A model generated the notes under the pieces. That model did not search any database, was not told the DNA's origin, and saw nothing but the letters and a program-made list of their open reading frames with translations. A program made the translations under genes and the position numbers. Source: Octopus vulgaris (lineage: Eukaryota). Taken from it: a DNA stretch of 64,000 nt. The number at the start of each line of letters is the position of its first letter. The first letter of the stretch is position 1. The stretch is taken from contig OX597818.1 in NCBI GenBank assembly GCA_951406725.2, positions 123,752,001 to 123,816,000 of the forward strand. The letters are read 5' to 3'. Below, piece by piece: positions 29,186 through 44,016 of the stretch.

Positions 29186-30307
29186 AAGCCGTTTTTGTCC
29201 TGCTTTTCTTCCGTCAACCTGTACATAACCTTCCATTTTTTGTTGTTTTTGTACTGCTTAAGGGCACGTTTCTTTCCTGCCAAGCTTACTGTTTAAACCA
29301 TGTTTGTGTTCTCCCAGTCAACAGCCTTATCATTATTGGTATTTTAAACTCTTCGGTTGCATATTTGTGTGAATAAAATCGTTTTTCTTTGGAATAGAAA
29401 AAAATCTATCTTTATTTCTTCTTTTGCTGGTGTCTCAAATTTAGATTAAATCAGTGTTTCTCAAAGGGGAGGCCTATGGGACGGTCGGACAAGTTGTTTT
29501 GAGAAAATTTGGTTTAAATGTTTGACAACTCAGCACCGTCCATTGGACGGGGGGCGTTTGGCTCTTGTTGAATAAAATCATACTTAACAGGTCCTTCTAT
29601 TAGGAATTTTTCAGCACCTCCTTGTATTTTCTTTTCCACATCGATAGAAAATATCAAAATCATATGACGAATGATCGATCCACGACGGGAACATTTATTT
29701 TTTTTCTTTTGCATTTACAAGTTTTAACAAACATAAATCAAAAGCTTTGTTGGTCTGGAATGAGAATAAAATATCTCCCAAGACGTTAGATTAGCCATTG
29801 AAATGTAGACCATGTTCGGCATTCGACCTCACTGTTAATAGAAGGGGGGTCTCAGAAGTCGGGGGTGGCGACAAGCATTTTCTCTTACGATTATACTATT
29901 TTGGGAAAATCGGTAGGTTTCAACGATGATCTTACTTTATAAGAAACAGTGAATGTAGTTTGTAGTAGGAAATATATACTCTTCACGATGAGTTATTCAG
30001 TTCTATGATGTATTCCTGGGTTACATAGCACATCTTTTATCTGATGAATTTGCAATCGTCCCATAGAATGCATTCTATTTGATGCAGCGATAGCTTTTAC
30101 GTTCGGAGTTCAAACAATGACGAGTATAATAGATGGAATCTTCAAGCAAGTAACATTTGACAAAATTAAAATAGATTCGGAGCCAGTAAGCTTAAACACC
30201 GCAAAATAATGTTAAAGCATGAAATTTTGACTAAGCGTAACATTCGAACACAAAATCTGTGTATATAACAAGCAGTGATTGTTCGTATAACTTTTCAACA
30301 TATAGAC

Positions 30308-30586
30308 TCAGGCGTAGCTGTGTAGTAAGAAGTTTACCTCCAAACCACGTGGTTCCGTTTTCAGTCCCACTAGATGGCACCGTACGAAGTGTTTTCTACT
30401 TTAGCCGCGGGTTGACCAAAGCCTTGCGAGTGGATTTGGTAGATGAAAACTGAAAGAAGCCCGTCGCATATATGTTCGTGTGTGCGTGTGTGTGTGTGTG
30501 TGTGAGTGTGTGTGTGTGTGTGTGTGCGTGTGTGTGCGTGCGTGTGTGCGTGTGTGTGTGTGTGCGTCCGTGTGCGTGTGTGTGTG

Positions 30587-30638
<52 letters not shown>

Positions 30639-30806
30639 CCTTACCACCAATTGACATAAATCCTTATGAGTGGATTTGATAGACAAAAACTGAAAGAAGC
30701 CCGTCGCATAAATGTTCATGTGTACGTTTGTGTGTGTGTGTGAGTGTTTGTGCGTGTGTGTGTCTGTGTGCGTGCGTGTGTGTGTGAGCGTGTGTGCGTG
30801 TGCGAG

Positions 30807-30872
<66 letters not shown>

Positions 30873-31140
30873 CGTGTGTGCGTGTGCGTGCGTGTGTGTG
30901 CGTGTGTGTGTGTGTGCGTGTGTGTGAGTGTGTGTGTGTGTGTGTTCCTTACCACCAATTGACAACCGATATTGATTTGTTCACGTTCCGGTAAGTTAGC
31001 AGTTCGGTAAAAGAGACCGATAGAATAAGAACCAAGCTTACAAAAATACGTACAGGGATCGATTTGTGAGACAAAAGCCCTTCAAAGGCGGTGTTCCAGC
31101 ATGACCGTAGTCCAATGACTGAAACAAGTAAAATATTAGA
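30308..31140 (+). mobile_element. SINE family C with duplicated internal segment and expanded (GT)n
   Basis: GAGTGGATTTG.TAGA..AAAACTGAAAGAAGCCCGTCGCATA occurs twice. Confidence 0.8.
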
Positions 31141-31230
31141 AATAAAAGATAGAGAATGCTATTTCGCGCGATTCCGAAATTGTGAAACTTAAGCTGTGAT
31201 GACGTCATTACAGTGTTATCACAAAATGTA

Positions 31231-32345
31231 TTTCTTTACTGCCCACAAGGGGCTAAACATAGAGGGGACAAACAAGGACAGACAAAGGGATTAAGTCGAT
31301 TACATCGACCCCAGTGGGAAAATGGTACTTTATTTATCGACCCCGAAAGGATGAAAGGCAAAGTCGACCTCAGCGGAATTTGAACTCAGAACATAAAGAC
31401 AGAGGAAATACCTATTTCTTTACTACCCACAAGGAGCTAAGCACAGAGAGGACAAACAAGGACAGACAAAGGGATTATGTCGATTACATCGACCCCAGGA
31501 AACTGGTACTTTATTTATCGACCCCGAAAGGATGAAAGGCAAAGTCGACCTCGGCGGAATTTGGACTCAGAACATAAAGACAGACGAAATACCTATTTCT
31601 TTACTACCCACAAGGGGCTAAGCACAGAGTGGACAAACAAGGACAGACAAAGGGATTATGTCGATTACATCGACCCCAGTGGGAAACTGGTACTTTATTT
31701 ATCGACCCCCGAAAGGATAATGGCAAAGTCGACTTCGACGGAATTTGAACTCAAAACATAAAGACAGACGAAATACCTATTTCTTTACTACCCACAAGGG
31801 GCTAAGCACAGAGAGGACAAACAAGGACAGACAAAGGGATTATGTCGATTACATCGACCCCAGTGGGAAACTGGTACTTTATTTATCGACCCCGAAAGGA
31901 TGAAAGGCAAAGTCGACCTCGGCGGAATTTGGACTCAGAACATAAAGACAGACGAAATACCTATTTCTTTACTACCCACAAGGGGCTAAGCACAGAGTGG
32001 ACAAACAAGGACAGACAAAGGGATTATGTCGATTACATCGACCCCAGTGGGAAACTGGTACTTTATTTATCGACCCCCGAAAGGATGAAAGGCAAAGTCG
32101 ACTTCGACGGAATTTGAACTCAAAACATAAAGACAGACGAAATACCTATTTCTTTACTACCCACAAGGGGCTAAGCACAGAGAGGACAAACAAGGACAGA
32201 CAAAGGGATTATGTCGATTACATCGACCCCAGTGGGAAACTGGTACTTTATTTATCGACCCCGAAAGGATGAAAGGCAAAGTCGACCTCGGCGGAATTTG
32301 AACTAACTCAGAACGTAACGACAGACGAAATACGACTACGCATTA
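31231..32345 (-). repeat. Tandem array of six ~183-bp SINE-A-derived units
   Basis: Unit starts near 31231, 31416, 31597, 31781, 31965 and 32149. Confidence 0.95.
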
Positions 32346-32689
32346 TGGTAACATCATCCGACTTACCAATATCAGCTTTGATAAAATTGTCACTGCTTCC
32401 ACTTGTCAACTTGCAAAGCTTGCATTGATTGATGGTCTATTATGATATTAATGGGTTCACGAGATAAAGGAAGTTTCAGTAAAGCTGGAAAACTTTAGCA
32501 GACTTGAAGAAGTTATTGCGTCATAGATAGGTTTATTGCCAGTTTATAATGGGAGTCCTGTCGGTTTATTGCCTGATTTGCAACCCTGAGAAAAATGGTC
32601 TTTTGCCTCTCACTTGGGACGACATGGCATCGCTTCATGGGCACTTTCTGCGGGAAGCGTGGGGGATAGTAAGGAATGACAGTAATGGT

Positions 32690-33060
32690 GGTGCGGCAGG
32701 GGTGCCGGTAGCGTTGTTGTTGTTTGTGGTGGTGGTGGTGGTGGTGGTGGTGGTGGTGGTGGTGGTGGTGTTGGTGGTGATGGTGGTGGAGATAGTATCA
32801 TTATTATCGCTGCTGTTGGTGATGATGATGGTGGTGGTGGTGGTGTTGGTGGTGGTGGTGGTGGTGGAGATAGTATCGTTATTATCGCTGCTGTTGGTGA
32901 TGATGATGATGGTGGTGGTGATGGTAGTGATGGTATGAATGCGGTGGTGGAGATGGCGTTGACAGTGGCGGAGAGATGGTGGTGTGCGATAGTGGTGGTA
33001 GTGTCTGCAGATGTTCATATTTTCTGTAGTAGCAGCAGCAGCAGCAGCAGTAGCAGCAGC

Positions 33061-33094
<34 letters not shown>

Positions 33095-33124
33095 ATGGTG
33101 GTGGTGGTAGTCGTCGTAGTTGTG

Positions 33125-33182
<58 letters not shown>

Positions 33183-33460
33183 CGTGATTGTAGTGGTCGA
33201 GGTCGTGGTAGTGGTACTACTACTAGTAGTAGTAGTAGTAGTAGTACGAGCAGCAGCAGCAGCTACTACTAGTACTACTACAACTACTACTACTATTGCT
33301 ACTATTACTACTACTACTATTACAGCTGTCGTCATTGCTGTTGTTGTTGGTGGTGGTGGTGATGGTGGTGATGGTGGTGGAGAGATAACTGTGGCGGTGG
33401 AGGCAATGGTGGTGTCGATGGCGGTGGTAGTAGTAGTAGTAGTAGTTGTCTTGGTGATGT
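32690..33460. repeat. Compound trinucleotide repeats (GGT, GAT, TAG, CAG, TAC)
   Basis: Seen directly. Confidence 0.95.
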
Positions 33461-33825
33461 GTGCAGCTGTTGATATGTTTTTTATTTTTTATTTTTTGTT
33501 TTTTTGTTTTTTTTAATCTTTCCCCCGTTGTAGTAATTGCTGGTGTTGTTGCCGGCAGTTTTAGTTAATAACCGCCACTCTAATATTCAAATTAGTGCCC
33601 AAGGTGATAGTAAAAGCCCTGCGTGACAGATATTCTCCTTTTGACCCGCACCCACGCAGAGCACACGACGCAACACTACCCACCCCCACTACATTGGCAT
33701 AATCTCTAACAACTTGCTCGAGCATATTGTACGCCGTACTTATTCGAATCTGTATATATGTATGCATAGAAGTATGAAAAATATATACGCATGTATGTCT
33801 GTGTGTGTGTGTGTGTGTGTGTATT

Positions 33826-34948
<1,123 letters not shown>

Positions 34949-35967
34949 TATCCTTTTATTCTTTTACTTGTTCCAGTCATTTGATTGCAGCTATGCTGGG
35001 GCACCGCCTTGATGGGGGTCTTAGTCGAACAAATCGATCCCAAGGACATTTTCCTTTACGTCTAGTACTTAATCTCGCGCGCTCTTTTGCCGAACCGCTA
35101 GTTTACGGGGACATAAACACACCAACACCGGTTGTCAAGCGGTGGTGGAGGGGCAAACACAGACACTAAGACACACACACACATGTATTTTTTGTTGTCA
35201 TTCTCTTTTAGTGCCTTATTATTTAACACACTCACCGGTAAAGTTTTCACTCATTTACTTATTTATTTATTCCTAAAATTTTCGTTGCGTCTTGCAACCT
35301 TTCCAATAGTCGTTGACTCTGTCCGTTATCCGAGCTGCGTTCTTTTTGTTTGTTTGTGTGCATGTGTATGGGTCAGTGTGTGTGCGCATACACATGTATG
35401 TATGTATGTATGTATGTATGTATGTATGTATGTATGTATGTATGTATGTATGTATGTATGTATGTGTATGCATGTATATATGTGTGTGTGCGTATGAACA
35501 TATGTATACATGTGTGTACGTTTGTATGTATGTATTCTGCATATTCATGTATTTGGGTGTTTTTATGTGTGTGTGTACCTCTGTCTCCTTGTGTGTGCAT
35601 GTTTGAGTGTGTCTGTGTATGGGTTTTTGTGACTATGTACTCTGTATGTCTGGATGTGTGTCTCCATATGTGTCCTTGTGTGAAGTGAAGGTGTGTGTGT
35701 ATATGGTCGTGTGTTTCAGTCTTCATTTGTGTATGTATGTGTGTATGTGTGCTTGTCTGTTCACATTACCTAAGTACCTATCCGTCTGTATGCCTATCCG
35801 CTTACATTCATATCCATTTGTCTACATTCATGTGCATATATATATATATACGTATACGTATACACACACACACGCTCACACACACACATACATACATCTA
35901 CATAACAGTCCACTAACTATTCTACCTGTATATAAATATAAACTGTGGCTATGAGGGTATGATTACC

Positions 35968-37090
35968 TACTATGTATGCTTCCTATTCAGTACTGGGGAT
36001 GTTTCATTTATGAGGACATAGTCCCGTATATGTCTGAGGGTCGGGCCCTTTGGGTTCTTGAATAAAATGCGGATGTCAAGTTGACCCAGGTTACCTCCAT
36101 GTTGGCCCTTGACCTGTTGGTAGAGTATGGAGGACTGTTTTTTGTCGTCATGTTGTCTTAAATGTTCATTTAGTCTTTCCGCAATGCTCCGAGATGTCTC
36201 TCCAATATATCTTATGTTCATGTCTTTACCTGCTATACATCTTATTCTATTTATCTTATGCTTCTATACATCTTATGCTACATTTCTAGTTCTACAGTTA
36301 ATTCCAGGGTTAATCCTACATGCCATGCAGTTATCATTGGTGCATATGATATTCTTAAAGGGGCACTTCTACATAGTTCTGATCTGATGGAGTTCCCGGG
36401 CTTCTCAGCAATCTTAATGTTGAGTTTAGTCTCCTTCAGAGCTTTCGTAAATCTACGGGCTAGTTCTCCATGGGCTGTAGCCACTACAAACATTGCTCCT
36501 TGATATTTATCAGCTTTATACCACATGTTCACCCTGTTTGCTTTGTCACAAGCTCTTTGTATCCTATTCCAGTCTTTGCTTGTATATCTAGGGCAGGTAT
36601 CACTGGTTTCATTACATATAATGTTATCTAACTTCTTTCTAGCACCCCTGTATACTCGAACTCAATATTTCTGATCATATACAGAGAATTGCATACGGTG
36701 CATGAAGTTCTGTACATGTCTCTTCCTTTCATAGGGTTTGCATAGTGGGGACACGTTGTTCATTATCCTAACTAAGTCTGCCAACAGTATGTTAATTTCC
36801 ATGTTGTGTGACAAAGCTGAGTTCTTGTGAACAATATATTTCGAAGCTATGGGTTTCATGAAATAGGAGTGGAGGAGCTGCACTCTGTTGTTCACAGTCT
36901 CTAACCAAAGTTCAGTATCAAGGACGAAGATTCTATTGTTGGGGTGCCTAGTGGAGTAATCTATAGTTACCTTGATACTTTGGTGAATGGAGATAGCTAC
37001 TTGCTGGGTGTTCCCCATTATGTTCCTCTCAGTTTCTACATTACCGTTACTAGAGTTGGTCTTAACTAGGATATTAATGTCGTCTACATC
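35968..37090 (-). mobile_element. Penelope-like retroelement remnant (RT C-terminus plus GIY-YIG)
   Basis: VDDINI near 37080; VLDTELW...HSYFMKP; RYIGETSRSIAERLNEH; stops and frameshifts. Confidence 0.85.
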
Positions 37091-37109
37091 TGTAAAATAA
37101 GAGTTGTGG

Positions 37110-37440
37110 ACTGTTCTGCTAAGGATTGCTTAAATTTTCTTAAAAAAAAGGAGAAATGGTGCAACACTTGCAAAAACATTTGTGAAGTTTATGGTGATGA
37201 TGGGGTACGTGAATCAACTGACTGAAGGGGGTTTGCAAAAATTAAAGCTGTAGAAAGATGACAGTCACAGTGAAAGACCTTCGAAACTGGATGAAGATAT
37301 TTTGAAGGAAAAATCGAAGAAAACTCAAATATCACGAATAGAGAACTTGCAGAGGAGTTGTAAGTTTCAAAAAGTACGGTTCATGAAGTACATCACTTTT
37401 TGCATATTAAAAAACGCTCAGAACTTTCCAGGCAACCTTA
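37110..37440 (+). mobile_element. Internally deleted mariner element
   Basis: CKNICEVYGDDGVREST..RPSKLDEDIL..ITNRELAEEL*VSKSTVH HTH region; 3' TIR-like CGCTCAGAACTTTCCAGGCAACCTTA-TA. Confidence 0.75.
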
Positions 37441-37448
37441 TATATATA

Positions 37449-37508
<60 letters not shown>

Positions 37509-38809
37509 CAAACCAACCTCGGTTCTCGAGAGTCTCACATGTCGAACAAATTGGTTTTCGAACAGGAAATTCGAGATGAAAATGCCTCGGTTACAACATT
37601 GCCGAACCGAGTTAACCCGAACGGAATCATTTCTGAGTTGACCGATCACCGTGTTGTATACATTCGTGTGCTTTCCCGATTTTATTGTACTGTGCCTTTT
37701 TTTTCTCTTCATTAGCCCTTAGTCATGGCTCCAAAGAAAGCTTGTAGTGAGACTGGTAAAGGAAAAAGAAATATTGTGAGAAAAACAATTGAAGTGAAGA
37801 AAGAAATCAGCTCAAAACATGAAAATGGCGTTCGTGTGTCACATCTCACTCCGCTGTACGGTATACCTAAATCGACAATATCTACTACTCTAAAACATAA
37901 GGAAGTGAGAAAAGCAGCTGATGTTGCAAAGGGGTGACTGTTATTAATAAAGACCAAAGATACTCAAAGTGGAAAAGTTATTGCTTATTTTTATAAATGA
38001 GAAACAGTTAACAGGTGACAATATCAGTGAAGCATTTATTTGAGAGAAAGCATTAGAAATGTATAATGATCTAGTAAAGAAAACCCCTGGGTCAAGTGCT
38101 GAAAGTGATACTTTTGAATTCAAAGCAAGTAGAGGCTGGTTCGAGAAATATAAGAAGAGAATCGAAATACACAGTGCAATTAGGTATGAGGAAGCGGCGA
38201 ATTCAAACTAGGAAGCGGCTGAGAAATTTGTGATTGAGTTTAGTGACTTGATAAGGGGAGGAGGTTATCTCCCCCAGCAGGTGTTTAACAGGGATGAAAT
38301 AGGATTATTTTGAAACTAATGCTAAATAGGATCTAAAAAGCGTTGCCAGGGCACAAGCTAATGAAAGATAAACTCGCTCTTTTGCTATGAGGCAACGCAA
38401 GTGGCGATTTCAAGGTCAAGCCATTTCTTGTTTACCATTCCAATAAACCGAGGGCTGTCAAAAGAAACAATGTTATGAAGAGTAAATTGCCTGCTATGTG
38501 GCGGGCTAATACGAAGGCTTGAGTAACCAGAAAATTTTTTATTGAGTGGATTCGTTAAGTTTTTGCCCCGAGTGTTAAAAAAATGTCCGTAAGAAAAAAA
38601 CTTGCCACTAAAATGCCTTCTCGTGTTAGACAATGCTCCCGCTTACCTTCCAGGTTTGGAGGATGACTTAATTGAAGAGTTTGATTTTACGCAGGTCAAA
38701 TACCTGCCACCTAACACAACTCCTCTAATACAACCAACAGACCAACAGATCATTGCAAATTTTAAGAAACATTACACAAATGCCTTGTTTCAAAGTGTTT
38801 TCAAATCTC

Positions 38810-39043
38810 TCTCTTTACTCTTTTTACTCTTTTACTTGTTTCAGTCATTTGACTGCGGCCATGCTGGAGCACCGCCTTTAGTCGAGCAAATCGACCCCGG
38901 GACTTATTCTTTGTAAGCCCAGTACTTATTCTATCGGTCTCTTTTTCCGAACCGCTAAGTGACGGGGACGTAAACACACCAGCATCGGTTGTCAAACAAT
39001 GCTATGGGGACAAACACAGACACACAAACACACACATACATAC

Positions 39044-39074
<31 letters not shown>

Positions 39075-39248
39075 TGCATAAATACGACAGGCTTCTTTCA
39101 GTTTCCGTCTACCAAATCCACTCACAAGGCATTGGTCGGCCCGGGGCTATAGCAGAAGACACTTGCCCAAGATGCCACGCAGTGGGACTGAACCCCGAAC
39201 CATGTGGTTGGTTAGCAAGCTACTTACCACACAGCCACTCCTGCGCCT
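38810..39248 (-). mobile_element. SINE family C inserted in the Tigger transposase
   Basis: Full-length reverse-complement copy. Confidence 0.9.
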
Positions 39249-40018
39249 ATATCACTAATGTCACTCAGTTAATTCTTGGAGAATTTTTGAAAAATCATTT
39301 CAATATCCTGAAATGTGTTAACCTTATCGATAATGCATAGAACCATGTGAGTTACAGAATTGTGAATTCAGCATGGAGGAAACTTTGGCTACACTGTGTA
39401 CCAGAACGAGACTTTGAGAGGTTTGAGACAGCTACAAGTACTGCTGCTGTCGAGGAAATTGCTATTGTTGATGATTTGTATCTATGGGAACAACAATGGG
39501 TTTGGATGTCGACAATGAATATATATAGAAGAGCTGGTGGAAGACCTTGGTACTGAGCTTACCACCGAAGAACTTGTACACTTTCAAAATGAACAGCAAA
39601 CGACTTTGCCTGAGGAAATGTCTTCTGAGGAGGAAGGAGGAAAGAAGGATGTCCCAACTTCTTTAATCAAAGGGATCTGTGGTAAATGGGGTTCATGTGC
39701 AAGGCTTTGTGGGGAAAATAACACCCTGATACAGTGGTAGCAAATAGAGCAGTGAACTTTTTCAATGACAATGTCATGTCTCATTTTAGAAAAGAACTTT
39801 ACAATGCAGGCAAAAACGACAAACATTGGAGAGGTTTTTACTGAAAGAAAAGAGAAAAGAAACCCCAGAGAAAGATTTACCTGGGCCAAAGAGACAGCGA
39901 AGGGAAGAAAACCCCGAAAGACAGTTACCAGAAATTCTTATGAAACGGGACTCCCCTTCTAAACAATAACACTTTTGTGTGTCATTTATAGTTTGAATAA
40001 ACGTTTTTTATACTAAAA

Positions 40019-40924
40019 CTAGCAGTATCACCCGGCGTTGCTCGGGTTTGTAAGGGAAATAACTATATAAGCATTTTTAGAGAGTTATAGCCAAAAAGTA
40101 GCAAAAAAATGCATTAAAAAGGGAAAAAAAAATGATGGTAATCTTTTTTAAAAATCGTTGACTCATCGTAGACATTTTTAGAGAGTTACTTCCCTTATAT
40201 AATAGCGAAAAAATGCATTGAAATGAAAAAAAATGATGGTAATTTTTTTTTAATCGTAGACTCATCGTAGACGCGCGCTAATACCCAGAAGGGTTCGATA
40301 TGAATCACGACTATAAGATACCCGGTTTTGGTTAAACTGCACCGCAAAATGTGGGAGTAGTTAGGAATCTAAATAGTAGGAGACAGACACACAACCTTAC
40401 TTTTATATATAAAGACTAGCAGTATCGCCCGGCGTTGCTCGGGTTTGTAAGGGAAATAACTATATAAGCATTTTTAGAGAGTTACTTCCCTTATAGATGC
40501 CAATTCGGGCTTTCTTAGCCATTTCTATTTTGGTGTCTTCAAGCCATGAAGTCGTTGTTCTAAAAGAACGCTGGTCTCCTTGACAACGCTTTACGACGTT
40601 GATTTCCTTACACTCCCTTCCCCACAGCTTCACGAGGGATGGAAGGGGAGAAGCAAACAGGTGCAGGTGTGACCATGGACGCCAACTCCGCCGCCATCGA
40701 CACACGAAAAATTATGCATTAAAATGGAATAAAAAATGATGTTAAATTATTTTTAAAATCGTAGACTCATCGTAGACGCGCGCTAATACTCAGACGGGCT
40801 CGATATGAATCACGACTATACGATACCCGAATTTGGTTAAACTGCACCGCAAAATGTGGGAGTAGTTAGGAATCTAAATCGAAGGGGACGGACACTCACA
40901 CAACTACAGTTTTATATATATAGA
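40019..40924 (-). mobile_element. Head-to-tail pair of non-autonomous Helitrons (40019-40415 and 40416-40924)
   Basis: Each has a TC 5' end and a hairpin+CTAG 3' end; 40019-40415 is near-identical to 21697-22092. Confidence 0.85.
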
Positions 40925-41129
40925 TATATAGTGTAAGCATGTAAATAAGCATTCATCTGGTGCTTGGAAACGATTTAATCTCTTTTACATTAATTGTAAT
41001 GGTGGGGGGAATGATTCGGTTCTCGAACAATTCGGTTTTAGAACAATCTTTCAGAACAATTTATTGTCGAGAACCGAGGATGCACTGTATGTTGTGTGTG
41101 TGTGTGTGTGTATTCTTTCAATGTTTACA

Positions 41130-42430
41130 AATAACACGGAAAAAGGAATAGTTCTCAGGGTACCAAAAATTCACACAAGTACCAAAGATGTAACAGCCTA
41201 CTTACAAAGGTGGAAACCCCAGGTTTAGGTGAAATGTTTTTGAATAATATAGATAAATAAATAAATATAGTTAAACGCAGGTGTTATTCAAATCTTTTTA
41301 CTTCCGACATATGTTTCGAAGAAAACATTGGTATTATTCCAGAAGGAATAAAATGGTGTAAAACAATCTAATCTTCTCTTCATGGAAAGAAAGAAACCAA
41401 ACACATCAATATGACATTTTAACAGAATGTTATGACTGCGTATATGATGACGGGAACGCCAGCAAGTTTTTTTTTAAGCCGTTAGTAGATATAACGTCAA
41501 AGGTAGTTTATAGAAAGAGAAGGAGGAGAAAGAAAGAAATTATCAGAAAACTAATAGTGAAGAGATATAGAGCGATAGATGAATAGGAATAAAGCTTAAA
41601 GGCTTGGAAGTAGATATATTTAGGGGAAGTAAAATGTAAGAAGTCAGTCAAAGGTCGAATTTTATAGATGGTAGAAATTACTTATAGGAACTAAAGGTAT
41701 GTTTTTGCCAATGTTTGCAAGGATAAACGCGTTCTATAAACGTGCTTACAAGATTCTCTGAAAACAGGATGAAATGCATTTCATTGTTACAAACCGGACA
41801 AAAAGATTTACCCTTATCATACGGAAAATATATAGATAGAATATTCCATTCCAAATCAAATCGTTTATTATGATCCAAATTAATTTACTAAGCCCATTAT
41901 TGTTACGTTTATTGATATGTCTAAATGTAGAGTAATGATTAGATATTCTTTTGAGATGAAGAACTACCTATATAAAAAAAGACGTCAGAACTGGAAGTAA
42001 TTTTACATTGATAGAGTTTCTAGTCTTAGAATTACTGCTAAGGAAACGAATGTGATTGGAATCAACACCAGAAGCACTAACACCGCTGCTATTGTTATTC
42101 AAAGAATGGTTAGTGTTAACAAAATCTATGTTACTATTTTCATTGAGTGGATTTGTATTTGACAACTTATTGTTATGCGAAAAGAGGATTTGGGAAATAT
42201 TCTTTGTGTTAGAAAACCCTATCCTGATTCGATGTGAATTAATAACCGAATAGTATCTTGAATTTCTTGAATTTCTTGGGAAATTCTTTACTATAGCTTC
42301 ACGAAACTGGTAAGTAAGGTGGTTCGATTTGATCTGCTTACCATATGGAATTACTAACCGAACAGTTTTGCTAGAACATACTTTGTTATTAGGGTAATTG
42401 TCTTTAAAAGTCCTCGATGTACCTTTATAA
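41130..42430 (-). mobile_element. Penelope-like (Naiad-like) 3' remnant with HHR
   Basis: LVIPY..NFP..RIGFSNTKNISQIL.HN linker; YIG; HYSTFR..LSKLIW..LEWNIL..PY..CPVC.NE..CKH; HHR variant at 41302-41387. Confidence 0.7.
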
Positions 42431-42802
42431 CGAAAAAAAGGGTCTTAAATAACTGTTATCTCCCTTATGCTGCAAAATTACATTACTCGATTTGGTGTTG
42501 TTATTCGAAATAAAATTAGTATTGTTAATGTCGTTATGACTTTATTTTATGTTTGTATGTTCACTTTGTGTATTGCATGTTTGTTTATTTCTTATTTGCT
42601 TGTTCATTTTGTGTCATACTTGATGCCTTGTTCGATTGATCTCCATTTCCAGGTAACTTCTTACTGCCAGCACCACCTGAAGGGAACAATATTATCGTTG
42701 AAAGCGCGACATTAAGTTTCATACTCAGGCTGATAACTGATGAAAATTTGGTGACCTTCTGTGTCTGTTTTCCGTTTGTTTGTGAATTTATTATGTTTTT
42801 AA

Positions 42803-42906
<104 letters not shown>

Positions 42907-43275
42907 TGCATATATACATACGTATATGTACATACATCTATACATGTATATATATGCATATGTGGGCACAGGACGTCATGAAACTTGTACAACAAAAAAG
43001 TACGAAGCACGAGTACATAGAACATGAGCTATTCTTTCGAACAACGAAAGACACACATGGAAAAGAAAACAAACAACATAAAGAACGAACCTTCATCAGT
43101 TGGTGGCTGTTTTTCTAGTCTCGTATTTCGAGCATTTAACAACAATATGCGCTTTCGATAAAACAGTGTCCCGTAAAGCAAATTAAATAAAATTTGGTAT
43201 TTTGCGGAGGGTAACGCCATCGTCTTCCAAGTGTATATGTGTGTGTGTGTGTGAGTATATATATATATATATATA

Positions 43276-43898
43276 TACAAAATTTAGAGGACTGACCACT
43301 AAAAGTGGACAGCCTGTATGCTAGATATAGACGTCAAAATCTCTATTTTTCACGAAGAATGTGTTCTCAAGAAAAAATTCAGCAAGAATCCAAAGTGTAA
43401 AAATAAACATGACAAATGAAAATATACCAAATATAAAACGATTACCTATGTACTAATTAGTTTCACTTGTTAATATTTACGTATATGAATACGTAAACAT
43501 CTGCAAGATCATCAGCATAGTCTGTCGTTTACGAAACACAAGTTCCAGAACTACATACAGAACGCTCGACCGAAATCCAGCATGTATAAAGTTCCACAAA
43601 TTATATTTATGTGTATCTTTCAAATGCCTTCACTTTGGCGCGCTGAGATCGGAAATTACCCTGTTGTTAATAAACTACAGCAGTCAATTTACCGGCTAGA
43701 GAACATTTTTTATTTAAAATTAAATAGGGGTAGAAATTGATATTAATCAATTAAAACCAGTGGTCTAGCATATTTTTTTTTAAATCCGATGATTAAACAT
43801 TTTTACATACAAAATTCAGAGGATGAGCACTAAAAGTGGACAGCCTGTATGCTAGATATAGACGTCAAAATCGCCATTTTCCACGAAGAATGTGTTCT
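43276..43898 (-). mobile_element. pLTR-like partial tandem (532-bp unit plus ~92-bp repeat)
   Basis: Direct repeats 43276-43367 and 43808-43898; HHR inside. Confidence 0.7.
43446..43520 (-). ncRNA. Type-I hammerhead ribozyme
   Basis: CTATG-CTGATGA-TCTTG...CAAGT-GAAA-CTAATTAG-TA-CATAG. Confidence 0.85.
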
Positions 43899-44016
43899 GG
43901 AAATTATATACATGTATTATATATTATGAAATTTGATTTAAAATTGTTAAATTGAATTTTTCCCTTTAATTTTTTGAATTATATTCCTTACTATTATATA
44001 TATATATATATATATA

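Larger units (their letters stand above)
37509..41087 (+). mobile_element. Tigger/pogo DNA transposon (pseudogenised) with nested SINE and Helitrons
   Basis: TIR core CCTCGGTTCTCGA / TCGAGAACCGAGG..CTG-TA; transposase from 37725: CENP-B HTH, FKASRGWF, VFNRDE, LVLDNAPAY, LPPNTTPLIQPTDQ. Confidence 0.9.

Noticed and set aside
31231-32345. CRISPR-like regular array
   Set aside because: Whole units repeat with no unique spacers; SINE-derived, eukaryotic context
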